Shown: piece after piece, positions 30,542 through 41,431 of the stretch | Layout: every line of letters begins with the position of its first letter | How positions within the stretch are numbered: position 1 is the stretch's first letter | Source of the DNA: Thermoplasmata archaeon | GTDB taxonomy: Archaea; Thermoplasmatota; Thermoplasmata; Lutacidiplasmatales; JAMCUS01 | NCBI GenBank assembly: GCA_049966015.1 | Contig: JBMFVL010000003.1 | Location: forward strand, 1-52,669 | Direction: 5' to 3' | DNA length: 52,669 nt | The notes under the pieces: model-generated | The model's input: the letters and a program-made list of their open reading frames with translations, nothing else | What the model was told of the DNA's origin: nothing | Databases searched by the model: none | Made by a program: the position numbers and the translations under genes

Positions 30542-31369
30542 TAAATAAGCAATGAAAACAACGATCATTCCGTATTTCATAAAGATCTGTGCTTTGTGAA
30601 ATTGGTTTTTATTTAATATAAACAAAGAGTAGGCGAAGGAAATATCAGCGATTACTATAAATAAGATGTAGAGGATTGTCTGGTATAATGAAAAAACGCT
30701 TAATAAAACAGGTAGATACCCCAACACAATTGATGCTCCCATTACGTACGTTGCCAGTGCCTTTGCTTTTTTGATCCCATATTTTTTGGGGTAGGTCATT
30801 CTATATATGTCCCCTTTGACATCCTCAATGTCTTTTGATATTTCCCTGGACAACGTAGCAAAAAAAGCTGGTATGGAGAATATTAAAGGTATAAAAATAA
30901 CGTGTATGGAGACACCTCCATAGATAAATAGCAATGCTGTTAATAGAGATATTAGAATGTTCCCCACAAGCCCTTCGTTTTTGTATTTGAATTCATATAG
31001 GATTATCATTATAAAAGCAAGTAAATATATTAAATATAAAAACGTATTAGCTGTTGATAAGATTGCTAAAAATCCCAATATAAAAAAGGATATGAATAAG
31101 TATTTTGCTGCTTTTAAAGATATTTCTTTAGATGGCAATGGCCTATCAGGATGGTTCAATGAATCTGTTTCTATATCTAAATAATCATTTAATACATTTG
31201 CAGCAGATGAAAAAAGGAATGTAGATAAAATAGCAGAGATAATATATAAATAATTTGGGTAATACAGTAAGTTACCTCTACCAGAAAACGCACCTATGAA
31301 TGTTGCAAAGGCAATCATTAATGCGTTTGCGACCCTTATAAGTTTTAGGTAGGAATAGATCTTTGCCAT
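30527..31369 (-). CDS. UbiA-family prenyltransferase, probable digeranylgeranylglyceryl phosphate synthase
   Basis: NDYLDIETDSLNHPDRPLPS and REISKDIEDVKGD motifs; multi-TM. Confidence 0.9.
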   Translation of the reverse strand: MAKIYSYLKLIRVANALMIAFATFIGAFSGRGNLLYYPNYLYIISAILSTFLFSSAANVLNDYLDIETDSLNHPDRPLPSKEISLKAAKYLFISFFILGFLAILSTANTFLYLIYLLAFIMIILYEFKYKNEGLVGNILISLLTALLFIYGGVSIHVIFIPLIFSIPAFFATLSREISKDIEDVKGDIYRMTYPKKYGIKKAKALATYVMGASIVLGYLPVLLSVFSLYQTILYILFIVIADISFAYSLFILNKNQFHKAQIFMKYGMIVVFIAYLLSAV

Positions 31370-31383
31370 TTACTACCTTTTTA

Positions 31384-33987
31384 TCATTGCTTCTTTTTTG
31401 TTAGAGACATTTTAGCGTTTTGTGGTGGAGGATACTGAGGAGGATTCTGTGGAGGGAAAGGACCTTTTTGCTGGAAATTTGGGGTATTTTGATACGGCGC
31501 TTGATATGGTCTATATTGCTGCTGTGGAGGGGGCATGTTTCTATTGAAGTTAAAATTGGGATTATAGGAACTGGGTTGTTGGGGGGGTGTATTATAAGGG
31601 GCATTATTGGTACCCTGCAATTCATCCCAGTTCATTTGCTTATTTTTTTTCTTGAATTTTGACAAAATAGAACTTAATGGGGAAGTTTTTTTGGGTGGGT
31701 TCTCAGGATTGTAAAAACCGGCTGGTGGTGCAAATGGATTATTATCACTTTGAAGGAATGACTTGAATTGCCTTCCTTTCTTTTTCTTTCTATAGAACAT
31801 AAAGAACCATATCACAAACCCTACTACCACTAGTATTATCAAAATTATACCTGCTGCTTCTCCAGGGGTCATAGCGTTACTGGGAGGCGGTGGAGGGGGC
31901 AGTATAGTGATAACAGTGGTATTGATTACAGTACCACCCTTAGAGTCCGTTACTGTGAGGGTTACCACAAATGTACCTGGATTTGGATAAGTATGGCTTA
32001 CTGGGTTACCTATCTGTGTTGGAGTCCCGTCACCGAAATTCCATACATACGTCCTGTATGGAGGATTTCCACCACTTGCTATTGCACTTGCGTTGACTGT
32101 TAATGGAGCGAATCCACTAGGAGGATTGAGTATTATAACAGCAGTTAAAGTAGCGTTTTTCACTGTAATTGTTCCGCTTATATTTTTGTAAACAATTCCA
32201 TCATATACAGAGATAGAGAAAGAGTATTGGGAAGGAATAGTAGGTAGAACAAAAGACCCTGTCTGGTAATTATATTTGGTACCTGCAAAATACCACACAT
32301 ACGTATAAGGGCTTATATAATTACCTCCAGAAGCAACAGCTCCGAAATAAACCGTTAATGGAGTCGGTCCTGATAGGGGAGTTACATAATAAGATATGTT
32401 TAAAGAATATTTTAATGCGTTTAAATGTATTGTTGGAGTGAAGTTTTCAAACCCATCACCCACTTTTAAAGATACATTGTATACTATGTTAGGATTTTTG
32501 TATACATCAGACGCAACGAACACACTGATAGGGATTTGGGTTGTGGGAAGGAGCCCATTCCCGTATGATATGTTTATTGTAAAAGAAGATATCGTTTCTC
32601 CATGTATACATCCTATGTAATATACTGTTTGAGGAGGATTTATTGTATACTCCGATGCTAAAAAGGTTACGCTCATCAGGTCTACCCCTACAGATATAGT
32701 AGGGAGATTTACCTGTTTAGTATAGGTTTTTGAACCTATTGTCCGGCTTAATATTGCATAGGTATGATAGTTAAGAGGTTTGTTTCCAACACTAGGATCA
32801 AAAATTTGTGTAACAAATATGTACCCTTCGGGATTTAATGTACCGGAATATGTAAATAGGCTTCCTGATGTAGCAAAATAGAATTGTACCTTTATATTGG
32901 ATATATTTTGGTTGTATGTCCCATTGGAAGCCATCAAGTAAAATGTTACTGGAAGTGGTCCGTTACCTACTGCTATAGTAGCATTTCCAGTTCCATTTAA
33001 TTGATTTAAAGCAGCAACAGCACTTGGGGTAGAGGTACTATTAGATACTACCTGTATAGCGGTATTGTTATCTACTACCATACCCATAGCATCCCTGACT
33101 TCCACTTTTACATTTTCAATACCAGGAGATGGAAATGAATCTGTAACTACCTGGGTAGAACCGTGCGTTTGCCCATTGAGATACCACGTATATGCAAACG
33201 GACCTACACCACCTACAGGGATAGCCATAAAATGTACAGGAGTGTTGTTAAGTACAGTAGTAGGCCATGCTATTAGCATAACGTAAAGATTATATGAACC
33301 GGATACACTTATATGGGTACTGTTGGTAGCAGTCTCTGGAAATACTGCAGAATCTGTAACAGTTACACTTACAGTAGTAGAACTATTATAGACCTGGATA
33401 TTGGGTATTTGGGAATGACTTATTTGACCGTTGCCTAAATTCCATGTGTAAGAATATGGTCCAATACCACCACTTACTATTGCACCAAATTGTACAAATA
33501 AAGGAGGTGTCCCAGACGTTACATTTGCAACTATAGTTACGCTGAAAGTTGATTTGTATAGAGTTATATTAACTGATTGTGTAACAAAATATCCACTCTG
33601 GTTTACAGTTATATTAGCTTGTCTTACCTGTGGTATCATGGGATATAGATTGCTCTTGATGTATTCATGGGAGATTGTACCTATACTAGAAGATAGAACA
33701 TTATTTTCATAGCTAACATTTCCGTCACCAAACATTACAGAAACATTGTAGGTTGATCTTGCGTTTATTATAACTATTGTAAAATTAACAAGGAGAGGAG
33801 ATGTACCCGATGTAGGAGTAGCCAGTACATGGATCTGGAAAGGTGCACCTTGCATTGTATGAGGAATAAAATCATTTTTTGCGGGAGAAATTTTATGTGT
33901 AGAATTTGAAGGCTGGATTAACAATATAGCAGGCAACAACATAAGTATTAATATTACCCATACACCTAATGCCTTGATATACCTCAT
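31384..33987 (-). CDS. PKD-domain cell-surface protein with a TM anchor and a Pro/Gln-rich cytoplasmic tail
   Basis: Repeated PTSG.PL.V.F, GG..PY.Y.W and WNFGDG motifs; TM near residue 720; about 130-aa P/Q/N-rich tail. Confidence 0.85.
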   Translation of the reverse strand: MRYIKALGVWVILILMLLPAILLIQPSNSTHKISPAKNDFIPHTMQGAPFQIHVLATPTSGTSPLLVNFTIVIINARSTYNVSVMFGDGNVSYENNVLSSSIGTISHEYIKSNLYPMIPQVRQANITVNQSGYFVTQSVNITLYKSTFSVTIVANVTSGTPPLFVQFGAIVSGGIGPYSYTWNLGNGQISHSQIPNIQVYNSSTTVSVTVTDSAVFPETATNSTHISVSGSYNLYVMLIAWPTTVLNNTPVHFMAIPVGGVGPFAYTWYLNGQTHGSTQVVTDSFPSPGIENVKVEVRDAMGMVVDNNTAIQVVSNSTSTPSAVAALNQLNGTGNATIAVGNGPLPVTFYLMASNGTYNQNISNIKVQFYFATSGSLFTYSGTLNPEGYIFVTQIFDPSVGNKPLNYHTYAILSRTIGSKTYTKQVNLPTISVGVDLMSVTFLASEYTINPPQTVYYIGCIHGETISSFTINISYGNGLLPTTQIPISVFVASDVYKNPNIVYNVSLKVGDGFENFTPTIHLNALKYSLNISYYVTPLSGPTPLTVYFGAVASGGNYISPYTYVWYFAGTKYNYQTGSFVLPTIPSQYSFSISVYDGIVYKNISGTITVKNATLTAVIILNPPSGFAPLTVNASAIASGGNPPYRTYVWNFGDGTPTQIGNPVSHTYPNPGTFVVTLTVTDSKGGTVINTTVITILPPPPPPSNAMTPGEAAGIILIILVVVGFVIWFFMFYRKKKKGRQFKSFLQSDNNPFAPPAGFYNPENPPKKTSPLSSILSKFKKKNKQMNWDELQGTNNAPYNTPPQQPSSYNPNFNFNRNMPPPQQQYRPYQAPYQNTPNFQQKGPFPPQNPPQYPPPQNAKMSLTKKKQ

Positions 33988-34161
33988 CTTTTTTCACCGT
34001 TTATTAGTATACAATATAATTCAATACATATATTTACATTTTGCATTGGTATAATAATTTTGATACTATTTTTAAAATATAAACACATTGTAAACATATT
34101 GGGAGGATTAGATGGATTAGATTAATTAATTATAAATAATAACAATAAATATTCATTTAGT

Positions 34162-34596
34162 ATGGAAAAAACTCCGTTATTAAACAGGCCTATAAGGGTT
34201 TTGATTGCTAAACCAGGGCTGGATGGTCATGATCGCGGTGCTAAGGTAGTGGCACGCGCTTTGAGGGATTTTGGGATGGAAGTTATATATACTGGACTGC
34301 GCCAAACCCCGCAGCAAATTGTCAATGCTGCTATGGAAGAGGATGTGGATGTTATTGGCTTAAGCATTTTATCGGGAGCGCATATGGCACTGGTTCCAAA
34401 AATACTTTCTTTGTTGAAAGAGAACCATTTGGAACATATAGGTGTATACGTAGGTGGAATAATTCCTGAAAATGATGCAAAAGAGCTTATGAAGATGGGA
34501 GTAATTTCAATCTTTGGACCTGGTACACCTTTGAAAGAAATAAAAGAATCCATAGAAGTTTTTGTAAAAAGGAGGGTAGAAAGTGAGTCTCATTGA
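34162..34596 (+). CDS. Methylmalonyl-CoA mutase cobalamin-binding subunit
   Basis: [12 protein letters not shown] (DxHxxG), GLSILSGAH and GGIIP motifs. Confidence 0.95.
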   Translation: MEKTPLLNRPIRVLIAKPGLDGHDRGAKVVARALRDFGMEVIYTGLRQTPQQIVNAAMEEDVDVIGLSILSGAHMALVPKILSLLKENHLEHIGVYVGGIIPENDAKELMKMGVISIFGPGTPLKEIKESIEVFVKRRVESESH

Positions 34597-35530
34597 AGAC
34601 CTTCTATCTGGAAAAAAAGTAGCTTTATCAAGGGCTATTTCTATAGTGGAGAACAGGGAAGAGGGTTACATTAATATTCTAAAACAGATTTATCCCCACC
34701 TTGGGTATTCTCATGTTATCGGATTTACCGGTCCTCCAGGTGTAGGTAAGAGCAGTTTGATTTCTAGTATTGCCGAACAATATTTATTGCAGGGTTTGAA
34801 AGTGGGTATAATAGCGATTGATCCTACTAGTCCCTTCAGTGGAGGTGCTGTTTTGGGAGATAGGATAAGAATGGAAACCTTGAAAGATTCTTCTAACCTT
34901 TTTATAAGAAGCATGGCATCAAGGGGTGGCAAGGGTGGATTATCCAAAAGGACGCTGGATGTTATAAGGCTAATGGATGCTTTTAAAATGGATAAAATAC
35001 TTGTAGAAACTGTTGGTGTAGGTCAGGGGGACGTTGAGATTATCAATATTGTGGATACTTCGATTGTGGTTTTGTCTCCTAATCTGGGGGATGATATTCA
35101 AACAATGAAGGCGGGTATACTTGAAATCGGGGATATATTCGTTGTCAATAAGATAGATCTTCCTGGCGGGGATGAGGCAGTTGTTTACCTTTTAAATATG
35201 ATAAAAATAGGGGACTATAAAGGGAAAATATGGGTACCTTTGGTAATAGGCACTTCCACAATTAATAAAATTGGCATATTGGAACTTATAGACGGCATTG
35301 AGAATCATAAAAAAAATATGAAAGAAAACAAAAACGTAGATAAAAATAAAAAGATATTACTTCAAGATGTATCTAATATTATGGATGAATATCTTCTAGA
35401 TAAAATACAGAATATTTTAAAAAATGACCCGAATGCTAAAATATTAATGGAGAAGGTTTACAATAAAGAAATAGACCCTTATACAGCTTCTGAACAATTG
35501 CTAAATAAATTTTATAAAAATTTTGAATGA
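34583..35530 (+). CDS. meaB: Methylmalonyl-CoA mutase-associated GTPase
   Basis: [33 protein letters not shown] and NKID motifs. Confidence 0.95.
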   Translation: MSLIEDLLSGKKVALSRAISIVENREEGYINILKQIYPHLGYSHVIGFTGPPGVGKSSLISSIAEQYLLQGLKVGIIAIDPTSPFSGGAVLGDRIRMETLKDSSNLFIRSMASRGGKGGLSKRTLDVIRLMDAFKMDKILVETVGVGQGDVEIINIVDTSIVVLSPNLGDDIQTMKAGILEIGDIFVVNKIDLPGGDEAVVYLLNMIKIGDYKGKIWVPLVIGTSTINKIGILELIDGIENHKKNMKENKNVDKNKKILLQDVSNIMDEYLLDKIQNILKNDPNAKILMEKVYNKEIDPYTASEQLLNKFYKNFE

Positions 35531-35540
35531 TGGTGGTATA

Positions 35541-36830
35541 ATGTTATATGATGATGTTATTAAAACCTCTGCTTATGTTGAAACTAAAGAATACACCAAA
35601 GAGATGCTATTGAATTGTGGGGTATCAAAGTATCTATATGAACATAAAAACACAGTATTGTTTAAAGGGGAACCTATAAGCATTATTGGCAATATATGGA
35701 ATAGCCGGGAAAAAGTTGCAAAAGCGTTAAATACTACTGTAGAGGAACTACCTTCTTTCTTTTCTAAGGCCATCGATTTACAGCCAACACCTCTTAAGTT
35801 TGTGGATAATGGATACAAAAAATCAGACTTGAATTTTGATGATCTGCCTATACCTAAATATTACCCGGGAGATGGTGGTAGGTATGTAACCTCTTCGATT
35901 GTATCAGCCTCTTTACATGGTAAAGACAACCTTTCATATCACAGGCTCATGGTTCTGGATAAAAACAAAGTCGCTATACGGCTTGTAGAAAGACATTTAT
36001 ACAAAATGTATATGGATTCACTTAAAGAAGGCAATGAACTGGAAGTGGCTATTGTTATAGGTGCCCCATTGCCATTTATGATTGCAGCGGCTATTAGTTT
36101 TGAATATGAAAAAAGTGAAATAAATGTTGCCAATGCAATAAATAAACTGGCATACAATAAGGAGATGGATTTTGTTAAAATTCATGGATTGATAGTGCCT
36201 GCAGATGCTGCAATTGTTGCAATTGCCAAAATAAAAAAAGACCTTGTACCGGAAGGACCTTTCTGTGATATTGTAAACCTATATGACCCGGTGAGGGACC
36301 AACCAGTAGTAGAAATTGAAGAGATATATTTATCAAATAAACCCTTTTTCCATGCCATTGTACCGGGATGTGAAGAACATGCTCTATTAATGGGTTTACC
36401 AAGGGAGATTGGTATGTGGAAAGCAATAAAAAGCGTATTGCCAAATGTTAAGGGTGTTAGATTGACAGAATCTTCAGGAGGATGGCTACATGGTGTTGTA
36501 TCCATTAAAAAAACAAAAGAAGGTGACGGGAAAAACGCAATATTGGCTGCTTTTACAGGTCACCCCTCTATGAAAAGGGTGATAATCTTAGACCATGACA
36601 TAAATATTTATGATGATAATGAAATAGAATGGGCGTTGTCAACCAGGTTTCAAGCAGATAAGGGGCTCGTGATTATAAACAGTGCCAACGGAAGCTCTCT
36701 CGATCCCAGTGCACACTTAACCAATGGTACAACTACAAAAATTGGATTTGATGCAACGTTGCCAATCAAAGAAAGTTTGATCCTCGACGATGCTTCAAAA
36801 TATAGTATGTTCAGGAAAGTTACTTTTTAA
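35541..36830 (+). CDS. UbiD-family decarboxylase (probably anhydromevalonate-phosphate decarboxylase type)
   Basis: DGGRY, SYHR, EGPF, EH..LMG.P, EGDGKNAILAAF.GHPS, EWA..TRFQ and GSSLDPS motifs. ATG at 35541 (track gives 35523). Confidence 0.85.
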   Translation: MLYDDVIKTSAYVETKEYTKEMLLNCGVSKYLYEHKNTVLFKGEPISIIGNIWNSREKVAKALNTTVEELPSFFSKAIDLQPTPLKFVDNGYKKSDLNFDDLPIPKYYPGDGGRYVTSSIVSASLHGKDNLSYHRLMVLDKNKVAIRLVERHLYKMYMDSLKEGNELEVAIVIGAPLPFMIAAAISFEYEKSEINVANAINKLAYNKEMDFVKIHGLIVPADAAIVAIAKIKKDLVPEGPFCDIVNLYDPVRDQPVVEIEEIYLSNKPFFHAIVPGCEEHALLMGLPREIGMWKAIKSVLPNVKGVRLTESSGGWLHGVVSIKKTKEGDGKNAILAAFTGHPSMKRVIILDHDINIYDDNEIEWALSTRFQADKGLVIINSANGSSLDPSAHLTNGTTTKIGFDATLPIKESLILDDASKYSMFRKVTF

Positions 36831-36845
36831 TCTTTAGCTATATTT

Positions 36846-38069
36846 TCAAATTTCTTCTTTTCCTTTTAGATATATAGGGGTAGCACCTGTAACTTTCAGA
36901 TTGATTTTATATCCTATTGGTAAGATTTTATCAATAACAATGGGGCGATAATTAATATCCCTTGCAATGGAGGTATTTTTTTGATGCTCCAGAACAACGG
37001 CTTCCATTGTTTTTCCGATATAACTTTCCATTATTTTTCTGCTGTATTCAAACCTTATATTGGTAAGCTTTCTAGATCTTTCTTTAACAATCCTTTCCGG
37101 GAGATCTTTTAAGTTTTGGGCAGGCGTACCTTCTCTTTTTGAAAATCTGGTGACATTGATAATATCAGCGTTTATTTTTTTAGTTATTTCCATCGTTCTA
37201 TCAAAATCTTCTTCTTCTTCAGTAGGATAGCCTACTATTATATCTGTTGACAGCACCCCTTCTGGATATGTCTTTTTGTATAGGTCTATTAAATCAAAAT
37301 ATTCTTCAACTGTATATCCTCTATTCATATCCTTTAATATTTTGTTAGAACCTGATTGAATTGGCAAATGCAAAAATTTGAATACGTGCTTGTTTTTATA
37401 TGCCTCAAGAATTTCTCTGAAAATTTTTTTGGCTGTTTTAGGAGACATCATACCAACCCGGATATAATAATTACCCTCAATTTTGGAGATTTGGTTTATA
37501 ACATCATATAACCTTTCATTTTTGGTTTCCATGCCATAACTTGCAGTGTCCTGGGAACTTAACCTCAATTCAATTGTACCTTTAGATATATATTGCTTTG
37601 CCAATCCTACAATTTCATCTATTTTCTTGCTCTCTAGCTTACCTCTAGCTATTTTTGTAATACAGTATGTACAATTAGACATGCACCCCTGGTTGATAGA
37701 TATCGTTTCAATGGGAGAGGCATTGGCAATGATATTGCCTTCTTTTAGCCCTAACAATCCCGGAATTTTTTTTTGATCCCTTATATATACCACTTCAACA
37801 TTGCTTTTTATTTGCTCAATCAAAGTTCTTTTTACTTCTGCTAGACATCCAGTAACGATTACCTTGTTGGATTTGTTGGAGAGTTCATTGATTTTGCTTA
37901 GCATCATTCTTTCGGTGTGTTCAATAACATCGCATGTTACAATTATGGATACATCTGTATTGTCTGGAACATTAGATAATTCACAACCACTGCTGATTAA
38001 AGCTTTGGCTATTTCTTGCCCTTCGCCTAAACTTTGGTTACATCCATAAGATTCTATATGAACCTTCAT
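36846..38069 (-). CDS. tRNA t6A37 methylthiotransferase (MtaB/CDKAL1-like radical SAM)
   Basis: SYGC, TC, GC UPF0004 cysteines; CMSNCTYC; LHLPIQSGS; C-terminal TRAM-like domain. Confidence 0.92.
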   Translation of the reverse strand: MKVHIESYGCNQSLGEGQEIAKALISSGCELSNVPDNTDVSIIVTCDVIEHTERMMLSKINELSNKSNKVIVTGCLAEVKRTLIEQIKSNVEVVYIRDQKKIPGLLGLKEGNIIANASPIETISINQGCMSNCTYCITKIARGKLESKKIDEIVGLAKQYISKGTIELRLSSQDTASYGMETKNERLYDVINQISKIEGNYYIRVGMMSPKTAKKIFREILEAYKNKHVFKFLHLPIQSGSNKILKDMNRGYTVEEYFDLIDLYKKTYPEGVLSTDIIVGYPTEEEEDFDRTMEITKKINADIINVTRFSKREGTPAQNLKDLPERIVKERSRKLTNIRFEYSRKIMESYIGKTMEAVVLEHQKNTSIARDINYRPIVIDKILPIGYKINLKVTGATPIYLKGKEEI

Positions 38070-38160
38070 CTTTACACCTGAATTCATGTATATTTGAATA
38101 ATAAAACGATTGTTTAATAACTACTCTATAAAAAAAGAATATAAATATTTAATTAAAAGG

Positions 38161-41100
38161 TTACTGTTTTTTCTTGTTGTCTTTGTCAGTTTTGTTATCT
38201 TTGCTCTTTTGTTCAGGTTTCCATTCCTTTAAATTGGATTTTTTGATTGGAACTTTAGACCCTGACATTTTTCTGCGATATAAGAAGTAAATAACAATAA
38301 TGACGGCTATTATTACAATACCGACGGCGATATAAACGATGTTTTGGTATAACCAAGACTGGGACACAGTTACGGTTATGAGCATTGTGTTTTTGGTAGA
38401 TTGATAATCAGTTGGCCATTCATTGCTTGCTGTAACATTTACACCTAAATTGAAGGTTCCTGCTTTAGAAGGAGTCCATGTAACCTCGGCCTTTACCGTT
38501 TCATTGTATTTTATGTTTATTTTACCTTGCCCTATATAAGAACCGGAGGTTGTATAGAATTTTACCTGGGAAGGAGAGTTAATCACAGTGTTTGAAATAT
38601 TGAAAATTACGCTTACATTGTCAGCTGTTGAATTTACACCACCTACATTGGTTATTATAACTGATAATGTGGCTGGATTACCTACCTGCATGCTTGGAGC
38701 TGTTAAATTGGATATTTGTATAATTGGCCTTATGGTTGTATTTATAGTTACAACAAAGGTTACAGATGTGTTTGCGTATTTACCTGCTAGTGTGGTTACA
38801 TTTAAGGTTATTTTGTAAGGTTGGACGGCTGCAGGAAGTACTTTGGAAAACTTTATACTTGTAGTTTTGTAGAATACCGTCTTGTTAGAATAGGTGATAT
38901 TCCATACGTATTTTGTTATTATTCCGCCATTCGCTTCGTAGGAATGAGATGCATTAAAATATTCTGTTGAACCTTCTACTGCAGATGTTATACCAATTCC
39001 TTTGCTGTTGGTTATGTTTATTACTGGAACAGGTTTTTGTGTATCGTTGACAACTACTGTAAAGTTGGTGATGTTTAGATTTCCAGCTACGTCATATACA
39101 CGTAAGGAGGCGTTGTAAAGCCATCCATGGAAATCATATATTTTCCCGGATATATTCGTATAATTTTTATAAGGACCGTAGGGTATAAAAGTGAACGATA
39201 TATTGCCAGGAGTAGTTGATGATACAGTTTTGTTGCCGAATGACCATGTGTAATTGAGAATAATGCCCTTTGTTTTGTTGGTTATTTCAGAATATGTCCC
39301 TGTAGCATTGAAAGTGACACTTTGGAAAGATTTTACAAACAGGACATTTGGATTTGATTCCTTTGTTACATTGGCGTGGTATGATATGAAAGGCTTTGTA
39401 CCTGAAACCCATACCTTGAATAATGTTGTATTCGTTTCATTTCCGCTTCCAACTATTGTTAAACTTCCGTTGTAAATTCCTGCCATTTTGTATGTATGGT
39501 TTGTCTTGTATGTATTGACCGTAGATATGTTGTTATCACCAAAATTCCATATATATTTGGTGATGTTTCCTACAGGAACCAGAGAATTCTGTGCACTGAA
39601 TGTAACATTTTCATCTGTTTTAACGATAACTGTATAATTCCTGGCAGTAGAATTTATAATGTTCTGTATACCGAAGAAAGGAGCTGTTATATTCACAATA
39701 GCAGTTATATTTTTTATTTCTTTAACTGAGAAAACAGCAAATCCAGTTGGCTGGGATTCCTTTTTTGGAACCATTGAAAAGTTAACCCATGTACCGTTTA
39801 TAGGAGAAACTGTTGTATATGGAGCGTTATACTGTGTCAATACGAATCCAGGTGTTGTGTAGAAATTGTACTGGTATAGAGAGGTGGAGTGAGGATATCT
39901 GAATGATGTTGATATGTTGTACATAATACTTTTTGGTATCGATGAAGTTGAAATAAATACTGTGGATGGCATTGAAACGGATATTCCGTTGTTATTCATG
40001 GAGATAGTCAGGTTTACGTTTTTAGTTGCGTTTACAAAATAGGATTTGTTAAGGTTCAGCATATTCTGTGCTGGACTGTATACGGGTCCATTAGCTTTCA
40101 TCCAGTTTTCAAACGTGCTGTTAGTCTTGTTGTTTAATACTATAGATGCACCACCTGAAAATGCAAGGGCTATCTGTGCAGGAAGGTAGTGGATAAAGGA
40201 ATAGTTCAATGAATTAAAGGAATATGCGTTGGTATAATAGCCATACTCAGATATGCTTACATTATTTCTAGATGAGTTTTTTAAATTACCGAATGTCGTA
40301 TTTACTATGAATTGCGCTTCATGCGTTAATGGAACCAATTCAATGTTTTGTGCTGTGCCCTTGTTAGATACATAAACCTTGCTTACATTGGTCATGTAAC
40401 CGCTGGCACTTAGAAACATTGTAAAGTTTCCTGGAAATGCACTTATCGTGTAATATGGAGATGGCCCGGTAATGAATGAATGATATATAAATCCGTATGA
40501 ACTGTTGTAGATTGTAACGTTGATATCATTTACGTTTATTGTGTTCCCATTAGCATTTTTAATATATCCCTGTATAAATGTTGGCAGAATTGTTGCATTG
40601 TAATACACACCTTTGTTGGATGGGACATTTATCACTATATTTGTAGAATTAAATTGAGAATAACCGGGGTAATTAACTTCTAACACAAACTGACCCTCGT
40701 ATGCAGATATATTGTATAACCATGCATTTTTTGTGCCGTTGTATATAGCATTCCCATTTAAAACATAGTTATTTGCTTTATCATACAGCATTATAGGTAT
40801 TGATGATATCACTGGTGCGTTAGGAATTGATATTGTGCCGTGTACATAACTATTTACCGGGATACTATTCACTACAAAGTTCAATGTAGTATTGGAATTC
40901 ATTCCGACATAAACAGCAGATGGACTTGCATTCTGCTCCGCATAAAATACGTTCCCTGTAGGCTGCATTACAATCTGCGGAGGAACAGTTACCTGGTAGT
41001 ACCCAGGTTGAACATTAAATGAAAAATAACCACCTAAAGAGGTGATATTAGATGCGATAATAGAAGATGAACTTACGCTGTACAGTTGAACTGAAACCCC

Positions 41101-41277
41101 TTTAAAGGTAGATTGATCTGGAACTGGCACATTGTTCTGATTAACTACAAACCCTGAAATAGATTGAGTCCCTATCGCTTTTGCTGTCACTGGAACATAC
41201 TGAATAACACCTAGCACCAAAATGGCTACCCACAAAAGGGTAATTATACCATACTTTTTTAACATTTGTTTTCTCAC
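38161..41277 (-). CDS. Large surface glycoprotein with carboxypeptidase-regulatory-like, PKD and CARDB-like domains
   Basis: Signal peptide; YIWNFGD/YTWSFGN PKD motifs; C-terminal TM plus Lys-rich tail; many sequons. Confidence 0.82.
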   Translation of the reverse strand: MRKQMLKKYGIITLLWVAILVLGVIQYVPVTAKAIGTQSISGFVVNQNNVPVPDQSTFKGVSVQLYSVSSSSIIASNITSLGGYFSFNVQPGYYQVTVPPQIVMQPTGNVFYAEQNASPSAVYVGMNSNTTLNFVVNSIPVNSYVHGTISIPNAPVISSIPIMLYDKANNYVLNGNAIYNGTKNAWLYNISAYEGQFVLEVNYPGYSQFNSTNIVINVPSNKGVYYNATILPTFIQGYIKNANGNTINVNDINVTIYNSSYGFIYHSFITGPSPYYTISAFPGNFTMFLSASGYMTNVSKVYVSNKGTAQNIELVPLTHEAQFIVNTTFGNLKNSSRNNVSISEYGYYTNAYSFNSLNYSFIHYLPAQIALAFSGGASIVLNNKTNSTFENWMKANGPVYSPAQNMLNLNKSYFVNATKNVNLTISMNNNGISVSMPSTVFISTSSIPKSIMYNISTSFRYPHSTSLYQYNFYTTPGFVLTQYNAPYTTVSPINGTWVNFSMVPKKESQPTGFAVFSVKEIKNITAIVNITAPFFGIQNIINSTARNYTVIVKTDENVTFSAQNSLVPVGNITKYIWNFGDNNISTVNTYKTNHTYKMAGIYNGSLTIVGSGNETNTTLFKVWVSGTKPFISYHANVTKESNPNVLFVKSFQSVTFNATGTYSEITNKTKGIILNYTWSFGNKTVSSTTPGNISFTFIPYGPYKNYTNISGKIYDFHGWLYNASLRVYDVAGNLNITNFTVVVNDTQKPVPVINITNSKGIGITSAVEGSTEYFNASHSYEANGGIITKYVWNITYSNKTVFYKTTSIKFSKVLPAAVQPYKITLNVTTLAGKYANTSVTFVVTINTTIRPIIQISNLTAPSMQVGNPATLSVIITNVGGVNSTADNVSVIFNISNTVINSPSQVKFYTTSGSYIGQGKINIKYNETVKAEVTWTPSKAGTFNLGVNVTASNEWPTDYQSTKNTMLITVTVSQSWLYQNIVYIAVGIVIIAVIIVIYFLYRRKMSGSKVPIKKSNLKEWKPEQKSKDNKTDKDNKKKQ

Positions 41278-41431
41278 CTAAGTTATTTTTTGAATTATGT
41301 AGAGGTAAATAATACTTGCTAATATATTTTTAGTTAAAATAGATGTTGTTGATAGGTTAGGCTGTTAACATTTTTGTTTTCCTATTATTTTAGGATTTTC
41401 CATCGATTTTTTGTTATTTATAAATACCTTA

